From a virus (lineage: Duplodnaviria > Heunggongvirae > Uroviricota > Caudoviricetes), in IMG/VR virus record IMGVR_UViG_2778260993_000012: a stretch of DNA of 9,976 nucleotides. One strand, written 5' to 3'. Below are positions 1 through 6,804 of this stretch, one piece after another. The translations under genes and the position numbers were made by a program. How positions within the stretch are numbered: position 1 is the first letter of the stretch; every line of letters begins with the position of its first letter. The notes below the pieces were generated by a model. The model was not told the origin of the DNA, searched no databases, and was given only the letters and a program-made list of their open reading frames with translations.

Positions 1-74
1 CCCGTAACGCCTCTGCCACGCGCGTAACGTGACAGGGATTAAGGGTAAACTAACTGATTTTACAAGTTTTTATT

Positions 75-1361
75 TTACCCCACTTTCTTATGGGGCATAC
101 ATGGGACACTTTCAGATAGTCTTTTGTTAAGGAGTTCTATCTGTTCGTGATTGTTGTCTTTCATCCATGCTCCGTAAACATTGAATACCATTTGTGCGTT
201 TGTGTGGCCCATCTGGCTTGCGATAAAACTAGGATTAGCTCCAGCGGCAAGTGACCAGCATGCATAAGTATGCCTGGATTGGTACGATTTTCTGTGTCTC
301 AGACCTGCGCGTTTTAAGATACTTGTCCATGACTCCCTGATGGAGTCAACTTTGTAGTGAGGTCCAGACAACTGCTGCTGTTTTATTACCTGAGGGCTAA
401 AAACAAAAGTACATTTATGCACAGCAGTTCTCCCATATTCCCTCTGCTTTACCTCTACAGAATGTTGCTTTCCAAGCATGGTCATTTCCGCCTGGCTTTT
501 AAGAGCATCAATAGCTGGTTGAACCAGATGAATTGTCCTTCCGGTGCCAGCATCGGTTTTTGGTGGAGTGAATTCGCCAAGTTTTGTATAATTTCTACGG
601 ATGGTTATAGTCCTTGCTTTAAGGTCTATATCTTCCCATGCCAGCGATACCAACTCCCCGTGACGAATACCCGTGTATACAGCGAGAATCCACAGGTTTT
701 TTGTTTGTTGATGACGGCAAGCCTCAATAAAACGAATAAATTCGTCACGGGTGAGAGGATCTGGTTTTACCTTGGACTTTTTTAAGGGAGCCAGACCGTT
801 AAATGGGTTTCCTGAGGTATAACCATTATCTGTTGCAAATTGAAACATTCCAGCTATGGTTGTCATATAGTAGTTTACCGTGACCACTGAGCGCCCTTTT
901 ATGGAAGAAGTCTTTCCATTAGAAAGCTTTTGGTAACCGGTCAACAAATCTCTCCTTACGAAAAGTAAATCCTCTTTTGTTATGGATGAAACCAGTTTTT
1001 TTTCACCTAACATTGGTAACATGTTTTTAATTACTGACTGGTAACGGTTAAGTGCATTCGCACAAATCTCAATTTTCTTAAGGTCCAACCATTTTTCCGA
1101 AAGTGCCTTAACGGTTATCTCTCTTTTTCCCAGACCAAAGTGTTTCAGGTTAGGGGAATTAGGGAACTGCGCGGCGTAGTCGAAACTCCCCATTCTGATT
1201 GCAAAACAAACTGAAGTGCGAAGCTCACCAGCGATCTTCCGGTTTTTGGCGGTGTCAGGAACACCGAGGTTTTCTCTGACACGTTTGCCATTATAGTGAA
1301 ACCATATACGGAGTGATCCTCCATGGTTTTCAACGCCTGTCGGGTATGATGCGTTACTCAT
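75..1361 (-). CDS. int: Phage integrase, tyrosine recombinase of the lambda family (428 aa)
   Basis: Complete ORF. The N-terminus (SLRIWFHYNGKRVRENLG) looks like an arm-type DNA-binding domain. The C-terminal catalytic region has the conserved Arg (TGIRHGEL), the His/Arg box (SRHTYA) and a terminal Tyr region (HTNAQMVFNVYGAW). GGGAGG ribosome-binding site 6 nt upstream of the ATG at 1361. Sits at the end of the element next to an excisionase, as in lambda. Confidence 0.9.
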   Translation of the reverse strand: MSNASYPTGVENHGGSLRIWFHYNGKRVRENLGVPDTAKNRKIAGELRTSVCFAIRMGSFDYAAQFPNSPNLKHFGLGKREITVKALSEKWLDLKKIEICANALNRYQSVIKNMLPMLGEKKLVSSITKEDLLFVRRDLLTGYQKLSNGKTSSIKGRSVVTVNYYMTTIAGMFQFATDNGYTSGNPFNGLAPLKKSKVKPDPLTRDEFIRFIEACRHQQTKNLWILAVYTGIRHGELVSLAWEDIDLKARTITIRRNYTKLGEFTPPKTDAGTGRTIHLVQPAIDALKSQAEMTMLGKQHSVEVKQREYGRTAVHKCTFVFSPQVIKQQQLSGPHYKVDSIRESWTSILKRAGLRHRKSYQSRHTYACWSLAAGANPSFIASQMGHTNAQMVFNVYGAWMKDNNHEQIELLNKRLSESVPCMPHKKVG

Positions 1362-1394
1362 AAAACCTCCCAGACGTCCAGGAGCATTAACAGG

Positions 1395-1649
1395 TTAACC
1401 GGAACTTGCATTTTTGGCACCTGGTTGTTTCTGGTTTTCGATCCATCGCATAATTTCTTCGATGTTGTACAGGCATTCACTGTAATGCCCCGGCTCGCCT
1501 TCTACAGCGTAATGGCGGTATTCTTTTCCCTGCATCCATGACTTTCTTCTGGCCCGCTCGATGGTGCCAGGCTTGAGCCCTGTTGATGCAATGAGGACTC
1601 TCTCCGTACACCATTTGCTCGGGGTTATCTGATAGATGATTGTCTGCAT
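1395..1649 (-). CDS. xis: Excisionase-like protein (Xis / recombination directionality factor), 84 aa
   Basis: Small ORF directly upstream of int on the same strand. The W...P...R...GKEY pattern resembles lambda Xis (WNARQRRP...GREYLFHESAV). AGGAG ribosome-binding site 6 nt before the ATG at 1649. Family assigned from motif and position only. Confidence 0.65.
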   Translation of the reverse strand: MQTIIYQITPSKWCTERVLIASTGLKPGTIERARRKSWMQGKEYRHYAVEGEPGHYSECLYNIEEIMRWIENQKQPGAKNASSG

Positions 1650-1805
1650 GCCAAGCTCCTAAAACGTTTATCCGCGGCAGTGGCACCACACTTCAAACAT
1701 TCGTCTCACAATTTCGCGACAGTAGAAACCGTCAACATCTCGCGTCAGGTCATAGCGACTGCCATAACGCTGGTGGACCCATAGTTCAAATGCTTTATTC
1801 ACTCT

Positions 1806-2048
1806 TCACTTCCTTTTCATGGCGCGTAATTTTTTCAGGTGAGCTTCCTGCTCTGTTTCTGCCAGTATTTGTCGGTATTCCTGGTGATCAATATGTTCAA
1901 ACTGGTTGTTGAATTCACTGATGCGTACTCGACCGGAGTGTCCGTCCATGCGTCGAAAGAACACTGAGTGCTCAGTGCTGCGAGTAATCACCACAGGGTA
2001 TCCGGTCCTGTCCGTGTATATTTGCCCGCGTTGAATAAGTGTGAACAT
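1806..2048 (-). CDS. Small conserved phage protein (80 aa), possibly DUF4222-like
   Basis: ORF from the ATG at 2048 (the track's longer version begins at a TTG at 2081). The N-terminus MFTLIQRGQIYTDRTGYPVVITR resembles small proteins found next to xis in enterobacterial prophages. Family name is tentative. Confidence 0.5.
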   Translation of the reverse strand: MFTLIQRGQIYTDRTGYPVVITRSTEHSVFFRRMDGHSGRVRISEFNNQFEHIDHQEYRQILAETEQEAHLKKLRAMKRK

Positions 2049-2052
2049 GTGG

Positions 2053-2136
2053 TTATCCCCAGCGGCAAATCGCAAAAACAATCAGCGCGATCGACATTGC
2101 AACACCAACAATTGCAAATGCATCAGGCCAGGTCAT
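2053..2136 (-). CDS. Unlisted 27-aa hydrophobic peptide, predicted single transmembrane helix (MTWPDAFAIVGVAMSIALIVFAICRWG)
   Basis: Not in the ORF track because it is below the length cutoff. The ATG at 2136..2134 overlaps the TGA stop of the upstream gene (ATGA junction). A strong ribosome-binding site, AGGAGGTGA, lies 5-6 nt upstream, inside the end of the preceding gene. Stop TAA at 2055..2053, 4 nt before the next ATG. An 18-residue hydrophobic core is typical of small membrane peptides. Confidence 0.4.
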   Translation of the reverse strand: MTWPDAFAIVGVAMSIALIVFAICRWG

Positions 2137-2897
2137 TGATTCACCTCCTGCGGCGGCTCTGGTAGCTGCATCCAGAACAAGGCGTTCCCTAACCACGATA
2201 AAGTGCCATCGCTCAACTCCACGTATTCCCCTTGCACCTGTCCTGCCATATACTCACCGTGCTTTGAATAAATTAAAATCCAATCATCTTGAGCGGGCAT
2301 TCGCTCACTACAGCTTATCCAACCATCCGGAGTTACCGGAGAGTTGCCAGACAGTGCGTTCTGCAATCGTTCCAGCTTAACGTATTCCTGAACCCTGTTT
2401 CCGTCGCACGCCTGAAGCCATTGCACAGCCTTTTGCGCATCAGTGTGAAAGGCACAAGTGCGACCGTCATCAAATTGCATTTCGTAGAGGTCAGCAACCT
2501 GTTTAAACTGCGTTTGTGGCAACTTGTAAGCCCGGCTTGCAGGTACGGCACTATAGAGCATGGCAGCGCGGCAGGCATTCCAGCCTGTAGCGTATGCAGC
2601 CGCTTTGCTGCTGCCTTCAACTGGCGTATCCTGCCAATACATTTCTTCCGGCACTACCGGCGCTGGAGGGACAGTGTAAAGCTGGTGCGTTCCATCAGGC
2701 AGCGAGTGACCTACATACTCACCGAACCCGTCAACACACATGCTCCCATCTTCAATAATGCATGACGCTACTGGCTCCGCTTCCAGCGATGCCAGAGCAA
2801 TTTCATAAGCCCGGCGCTCAATATTGTCTCGAACGTCCAGGCTGCCTATACGCTCTTTGATTTTTTTAATCAGTTCTTTGTCGGTGAACGTTGTCAT
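2133..2897 (-). CDS. Phage accessory protein with C-terminal DUF551-type domain (254 aa)
   Basis: Complete ORF with an AAGGA ribosome-binding site 7 nt upstream of the ATG at 2897. The C-terminus (GWISCSERMPAQDDWILIY...FWMQLPEPPQ) matches the DUF551 signature (W-I-S...E-R-L/M-P ... W-M-x-L-P-E-P-P) as I remember it. Confidence 0.7.
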   Translation of the reverse strand: MTTFTDKELIKKIKERIGSLDVRDNIERRAYEIALASLEAEPVASCIIEDGSMCVDGFGEYVGHSLPDGTHQLYTVPPAPVVPEEMYWQDTPVEGSSKAAAYATGWNACRAAMLYSAVPASRAYKLPQTQFKQVADLYEMQFDDGRTCAFHTDAQKAVQWLQACDGNRVQEYVKLERLQNALSGNSPVTPDGWISCSERMPAQDDWILIYSKHGEYMAGQVQGEYVELSDGTLSWLGNALFWMQLPEPPQEVNQ

Positions 2898-2907
2898 GTG
2901 TTAGTCC

Positions 2908-3171
2908 TTATCCTGCTGTGCTTTCAACTGATGAGGGGAATAAAATCTCTTCATCAAATCCGGCATTCATATCATGGACAGCAACACACCAATCCATCGA
3001 CGAACGATTATCAAGAGCCTCCATGATTTCATCCATGCGGCGTAGGTCATACAGGTGAATGCTTTTATCGCCAATGGTGTAAAAACCAATTTTTTTCGGT
3101 GATGGACAGCGATCAAGAACGTTCTGTAATTCATTCAACCATGCCCGTTCTTTTTTTGTTAAAGTTGCCAT
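2908..3171 (-). CDS. Small phage protein, 87 aa, in the position of lambda ea8.5; function unknown
   Basis: ATG at 3171 (MATLTKKERAWLNELQ...) with a GGAGAG ribosome-binding site upstream. The start sits 1 nt past the stop of the upstream Ea22-like gene. The track's 97-aa version adds 10 residues that overlap that gene. Confidence 0.55.
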   Translation of the reverse strand: MATLTKKERAWLNELQNVLDRCPSPKKIGFYTIGDKSIHLYDLRRMDEIMEALDNRSSMDWCVAVHDMNAGFDEEILFPSSVESTAG

Positions 3172-3172
3172 A

Positions 3173-3958
3173 TCACTCTCCTTTGATGCGAATGCCAGCA
3201 AGCCAGTTTCTTATGCCGATATATTCAGCGTTCCTGAAACCGCTTTTTACATATACAAATGGCAAGCGAAGATTGTGACCATTGGCTGCCAGGTAGTCTT
3301 TACAACCCTGTTCGGTGAAACAGCAGGTAACGAATTCATCAATATCTTTCACAGCAACGCGCCGCCATTTTTCTGGTGGCTCTCGAAAGTTTTCATGAAG
3401 TAGTTCGAGACGACGACTTTGGCGTTTATTGGCTTCATTGCCATCTTCATCAACCCAGACAATCCGGTCATAGTCATAATCAGCATCAACAACGATTTCG
3501 CGCTTTTGATACACACAAAACATAGGGTCTGACGTTATATGATTGTCCTGTGTTCGAATATTTTCACCGATGATGCCAAACGAATCTGGTGCAGATTTTG
3601 TCTGCAACTCTGCTATGCGCTTACTTCCATCCGCGATTACTCCCTCGTAATACACACGCTGCTCGTTGAGTTTTGATTTTGTCTCCTCAAGCTCAACTCT
3701 CAGCTTCCCTACCGTTAGCGCAATATCCTCGTTCTCCTGGTCGCGGAGTTTGATGTATTGCTGTTTTTCGTCCAGCTCATCCAACAGCCCGGCGATAATG
3801 TCCACTTCCCGATGACGGATTTCTCGCTTAAACGCCGCTAAAGCTGCATCACAATCCTGTTCAGCGTTTGGACTGTCTGGCTTTTCCTGATACCACGCCA
3901 GAGTCGATTGATAGTTTTGTGCTGCCTTACGCAACGCCTGATAGTCAATCTCGCTCAC
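3173..3958 (-). CDS. Ea22-like protein (coiled-coil early protein), about 261 aa
   Basis: The central motif QQYIKLRDQENEDIALTVGKLRVELEETKSKLNEQRVYYEGVIADGSKRIAEL and the ending IRIKGE match my recollection of lambda Ea22. I place the start at GTG 3958 (VSEIDYQALRKAAQ...), which has a strong AAGGAGG ribosome-binding site at 3963-3969. The track's 377-aa version (start 4306) is basic and low-complexity upstream of this and overlaps two other genes. Confidence 0.55.
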   Translation of the reverse strand: MSEIDYQALRKAAQNYQSTLAWYQEKPDSPNAEQDCDAALAAFKREIRHREVDIIAGLLDELDEKQQYIKLRDQENEDIALTVGKLRVELEETKSKLNEQRVYYEGVIADGSKRIAELQTKSAPDSFGIIGENIRTQDNHITSDPMFCVYQKREIVVDADYDYDRIVWVDEDGNEANKRQSRRLELLHENFREPPEKWRRVAVKDIDEFVTCCFTEQGCKDYLAANGHNLRLPFVYVKSGFRNAEYIGIRNWLAGIRIKGE

Positions 3959-4193
3959 TGGTGCCTCCTTTACGGATCTGCGCTGCGATGCACGAAAAAA
4001 AAGACTCTCGCGTATGACAGTTAAGAGCTGGTGCGAACGCCGCGTTAAGAACGGCGGCATCACAGCCGTCATCAATATAGAGCGCAATTTTTTTCTCCAG
4101 GCGCGCTTTGGCTTCCTGCAACTGCATACCCCGGCACGCACGCGGGATATACTCAGCAATTTGAGCGATAGATTTTTCGTTCTGTTTAAACAT
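3945..4193 (-). CDS. Hypothetical small phage protein, 82 aa
   Basis: ATG at 4193 with a GAGGTGA ribosome-binding site 4 nt upstream. Its 3' end overlaps the Ea22-like GTG start by 14 nt and its 5' end overlaps the upstream gene's stop by 8 nt. Confidence 0.5.
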   Translation of the reverse strand: MFKQNEKSIAQIAEYIPRACRGMQLQEAKARLEKKIALYIDDGCDAAVLNAAFAPALNCHTRESFFSCIAAQIRKGGTSERD

Positions 4194-4389
4194 GCTTCAC
4201 CTCGATAGGCTTGATGGTATCGATCAGCAGTCGGCGGCGAGTATTTTCTGCAAAGTGGCGGCGTCCGGTTTCTTTGTGGTAAAATTCGTTTTTTCCGACG
4301 ACCCACATCCGCTTTGTCTGGTGCAGTTTTTTTACCTGCGGACCGTCTCGGGTGATAACAATTCCTGTATGAGTTTTTATCACGCTCAT
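4186..4389 (-). CDS. Hypothetical small basic phage protein, 67 aa
   Basis: ATG at 4389 overlaps the upstream stop in an ATGA junction. GGAG lies upstream. In the position of lambda orf61/orf63. No family recognised. Confidence 0.5.
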   Translation of the reverse strand: MSVIKTHTGIVITRDGPQVKKLHQTKRMWVVGKNEFYHKETGRRHFAENTRRRLLIDTIKPIEVKHV

Positions 4390-4748
4390 TTTTTATTCTC
4401 CGGTGCTTTCGGCATTACTGCCCAGTGAGTGATATTGACGTTTTCAAGGTCCCCGACCTGAAATGTCCACTGCCATTCTCCGGTTTCTTTTTGTCCCCAG
4501 GTGTACCAGAGAGAACGCCAGCCAATTAGCCAGCCTTCTCCGTTAGCATCAAATAACAGAACACTTTCATTTGCTGGCGGCAGTTCAGCTGACACTGGTA
4601 TTATTTTGTTTTCCAGTGCCGCACATTTAGCTTCAAGCGCATCGAATTTACGTACCAGGTACTCAGCATTTGTTTCATTCACTTTCAGATCTCGTGGTAC
4701 ACATTTCCCGCGAAGAAACCCTTCCATTTCGAAAACATTCATGCGCAT
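4386..4748 (-). CDS. DUF551-type phage protein, about 118-120 aa, coiled-coil N-terminus
   Basis: The C-terminus (AELPPANESVLLFDANGEGWLIGW...ITHWAVMPKAPE) resembles DUF551. Start is either ATG 4748 or ATG 4742; the latter forms an ATGA overlap with the upstream stop. Same length as E. coli K-12 YfdS (120 aa, from memory). Confidence 0.6.
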   Translation of the reverse strand: MRMNVFEMEGFLRGKCVPRDLKVNETNAEYLVRKFDALEAKCAALENKIIPVSAELPPANESVLLFDANGEGWLIGWRSLWYTWGQKETGEWQWTFQVGDLENVNITHWAVMPKAPENKK

Positions 4749-5275
4749 GTGCGTAACTCCGATAACTCGTTAAAGCGCTCCATAAACATCCCGTAGGCAT
4801 GGCCCGGTGCCAGTGGAATAACTTTGAACATTTCTGTTGCCGGGATACCTTCCAGTACTGGCCAGAAAGAGCCATCATCAAGCCCGAGATCGCGGCGTTC
4901 GGTTGCCAGCATGATGAGATCGGCATATTTCACAGGCGTGCTCATAACCGGGGGTAACCCGTATTTCTCACGGATTACGGCGTCTATTTTTTCTTCCATC
5001 CGTTTATAGTCAGGAAGAAGGCGTTTCAGTGGAGCGGGAATATCCTGGCAATACGCTTCTGTTGCATCATGCATTAACGCTTCAAAAGCAAATTCCTGCG
5101 GCACCAGCTGGCTGCAAAGCACCGCATGCTGGGCGACACTGTAGAAGTGTGAAAGATGTCCTGCAAAGCGACAGATATTTGAAAGGGAAACCGCGATATC
5201 GTTAATCACGATGTCGTCTTTATTTATCTTGTCATAATAAAAATGCTTCCCGGAAAAAGTTTTAATAAATGACAT
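4739..5275 (-). CDS. yfdR: HD-domain phosphohydrolase, YfdR-like putative 5'-deoxynucleotidase (178 aa)
   Basis: HD-family metal-binding motifs (SVAQHAV...LMHDATEAYCQDIPAPLK). Start set at ATG 5275 because of a GGAG ribosome-binding site 6 nt upstream; this gives 178 aa, the length I recall for E. coli K-12 YfdR. The track's 199-aa version starts at 5338 with no ribosome-binding site. Symbol assigned by family and length, not confirmed. Confidence 0.7.
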   Translation of the reverse strand: MSFIKTFSGKHFYYDKINKDDIVINDIAVSLSNICRFAGHLSHFYSVAQHAVLCSQLVPQEFAFEALMHDATEAYCQDIPAPLKRLLPDYKRMEEKIDAVIREKYGLPPVMSTPVKYADLIMLATERRDLGLDDGSFWPVLEGIPATEMFKVIPLAPGHAYGMFMERFNELSELRTCA

Positions 5276-5369
5276 TTCGTTCTCCACTTTATATGCGCTG
5301 CACCGCGCTGAATTCGGGTAAAAGGAATCCCGCACCATCCGGCGATTATTGAGTTAATTACGTTTCCAT

Positions 5370-5391
5370 AAATGCCCCCGCAGGGGCATTT
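5370..5391 (-). other. Perfect 9-bp stem-loop (AAATGCCCC-CGCA-GGGGCATTT) 12 nt downstream of the YfdQ-like stop
   Basis: Read directly from the sequence. No U-tract follows on either strand, so it is not a classical intrinsic terminator. It could be a weak terminator, an RNA-stability or processing hairpin, or a protein-binding palindrome. Confidence 0.3.
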
Positions 5392-5403
5392 GCAGTAATG
5401 AAA

Positions 5404-6228
5404 TCAGGCGGTGAAAGTACCAATAAAGGTTTCTACTTTGCTGTCTTTGAATTTCTCAACAAGCAGATCACGAAATTCGTTAGCCATTTCTTCCTGCACT
5501 GCTTCCAGCTGAATAATGCGCAGAACCAGTACAGGACGATCGCCAGTGATAATGCTGAGGCGTAATTTAAATGGACGTTCTTTCAGACCTTCAAACGGAA
5601 CGCATTTAAATTCAAATGCCACTGGCATAATATCTTTGGTTTTCGCTTCGACAGACTCCATCAGGGAGCGTTTGCCGCTGAAGTCATTATCTTCAAAATC
5701 AGCGGTCTGGTTTGCTTCAATCGTGATTTTACGGACAGCCGCAGCCGCTTTTGTTGCCTGAATAGCGTCACCATTAGCATCAAAGCCCACAAGGTAGTCG
5801 GCCCAGTCTTCAATCCATTCTGCCAGTGACTTCTGGGAATGACGCTCGCCGTTAACAGACAACAGAGCAGAGAACGGTGCTGTCTTTTTCAGTTTGAGAG
5901 TGGCGGTGTTATCTGCGTGACCTGGTTCATCAATAGTACCCAGGTTAAGCACACTGACGGCTCGCATATTATCGGCATCGATAAAGCAGCGGGTGCCTTC
6001 ATCTGCAAGATCTTTAGAATAACGGGTAAAGTCATCGATGCTGGCAGTGGAAAGCGCACCACGGAAACGGAAGCGATTTAAATTAAATTTTTCCAGATCA
6101 TGAATGCGGAAATTCTCAGGCAATGCCACAGCATCGGCACCAATCTTACTGATAATTTCATTAACACCCTGAGCAGAAATAAGAGCATGGATTTGATTAA
6201 TTGCGGTTGCGTCTAAGTTCTGAGACAT
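5404..6228 (-). CDS. yfdQ: YfdQ-like phage protein, DUF2303 family (274 aa)
   Basis: Complete ORF with a GAGGA ribosome-binding site 7 nt upstream of the ATG at 6228. Length matches E. coli K-12 YfdQ (274 aa) and the neighbouring gene order matches the K-12 yfdP-yfdQ-yfdR-yfdS cluster, all from memory. Function unknown. Confidence 0.65.
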   Translation of the reverse strand: MSQNLDATAINQIHALISAQGVNEIISKIGADAVALPENFRIHDLEKFNLNRFRFRGALSTASIDDFTRYSKDLADEGTRCFIDADNMRAVSVLNLGTIDEPGHADNTATLKLKKTAPFSALLSVNGERHSQKSLAEWIEDWADYLVGFDANGDAIQATKAAAAVRKITIEANQTADFEDNDFSGKRSLMESVEAKTKDIMPVAFEFKCVPFEGLKERPFKLRLSIITGDRPVLVLRIIQLEAVQEEMANEFRDLLVEKFKDSKVETFIGTFTA

Positions 6229-6293
6229 AATAAGTCCTCACTATATAAAGATATTCAGTGATGAGATAAATAATCAGTTAATTAAGAACGATA

Positions 6294-6656
6294 TTAATGA
6301 CCTGCTGCGCGGAGTTTTCCGTCAGGTTCACCGGCAAGAGTCAGTAATTGTCCCTGGTCTTCCTGCAGAATAGTCAGGCGACCACCGCGATTGACATACA
6401 TCGGCGTTTCGGTGGTGTCTTCTTCAGAAATTTTCCCGCGGTTAGTCGGGCGAACATATGAGAGTTTGTGTTTGATTTTCACACGGTTCTCATCAAACGG
6501 TTCGATTTCCAGGTTGAGCGAGACCTTACCTTTGGTTTTCGTGTTCATCACACCGGAAGCGACTTCACTGAGAACTGCGCCGATTTTTGTTTCAAATACG
6601 CCGCCGTCCAGCTCCCCGATAAATGCCTGCACATCAGTACTGCGTTCGCTAGCCAT
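6294..6656 (-). CDS. YfdP-like small phage protein (120 aa); first gene of the leftward early operon
   Basis: Start set at ATG 6656 (MASERSTDVQAFIGELDGG...) with a GAGGAG ribosome-binding site 8 nt upstream. The track's 182-aa version (start 6842) adds a Cys/Arg-rich extension that runs into the structured leader. Same length as K-12 YfdP, from memory. Confidence 0.55.
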   Translation of the reverse strand: MASERSTDVQAFIGELDGGVFETKIGAVLSEVASGVMNTKTKGKVSLNLEIEPFDENRVKIKHKLSYVRPTNRGKISEEDTTETPMYVNRGGRLTILQEDQGQLLTLAGEPDGKLRAAGH

Positions 6657-6676
6657 TTTGTTGCTCCTCATCATAT

Positions 6677-6804
6677 CGACCCTGCAAGGTCGGTTGGTTT
6701 CTCCACAAAACAGAGAAGAACACCTGCGGTGGCAGCCGCCCGGATGGATTGGGTTATGAGCCCGTCGTCCGGTGATGCTCTTCTCTGTTTTGTAAAAAGA
6801 GCGG
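6677..6804 (-). promoter_or_regulatory. Structured 5' leader element with mutually exclusive helices, directly upstream of the first early gene
   Basis: On the minus-strand RNA, segment B (plus 6777-6793) can pair with upstream segment A (plus 6794-6802) as a 9-bp local hairpin with two G-U pairs, or with downstream segment C (plus 6705-6721) as a 15-bp long-range helix. A boxA-like sequence CGCTCTTTTTAC (plus 6793-6804) overlaps segment A. A further hairpin (plus 6677-6692) lies 8 nt before the ribosome-binding site. Function is inferred. Confidence 0.3.

Noticed and set aside
357-785. Plus-strand ORFs lying antisense within well-supported minus-strand genes (357-785, 2289-2765, 4014-4208, 4192-4428, 4501-4773, 4824-5009, 5516-5761, 5839-6081, 6391-6872, 7576-8158) and minus-strand ORFs nested in other frames (1145-1333, 1477-1689, 2333-2620, 4675-4926, 7572-7763, 8237-8437, 9311-9733)
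   Set aside because: Each overlaps a gene with far better start-site and motif support, and none has its own ribosome-binding site or a recognisable motif.
1650-1805. Possible small gene in the 155-bp gap between the DUF4222-like gene and xis
   Set aside because: The longest minus-strand ORFs are 9-10 codons with no ribosome-binding site. More likely a promoter or regulatory spacer for xis/int; a TTGACG -35-like hexamer is present but I could not pair it with a convincing -10.
5276-5338. Longer 199-aa version of the HD-domain protein starting at ATG 5338
   Set aside because: No ribosome-binding site before 5338, whereas ATG 5275 has GGAG at the right spacing and gives the expected 178-aa length.
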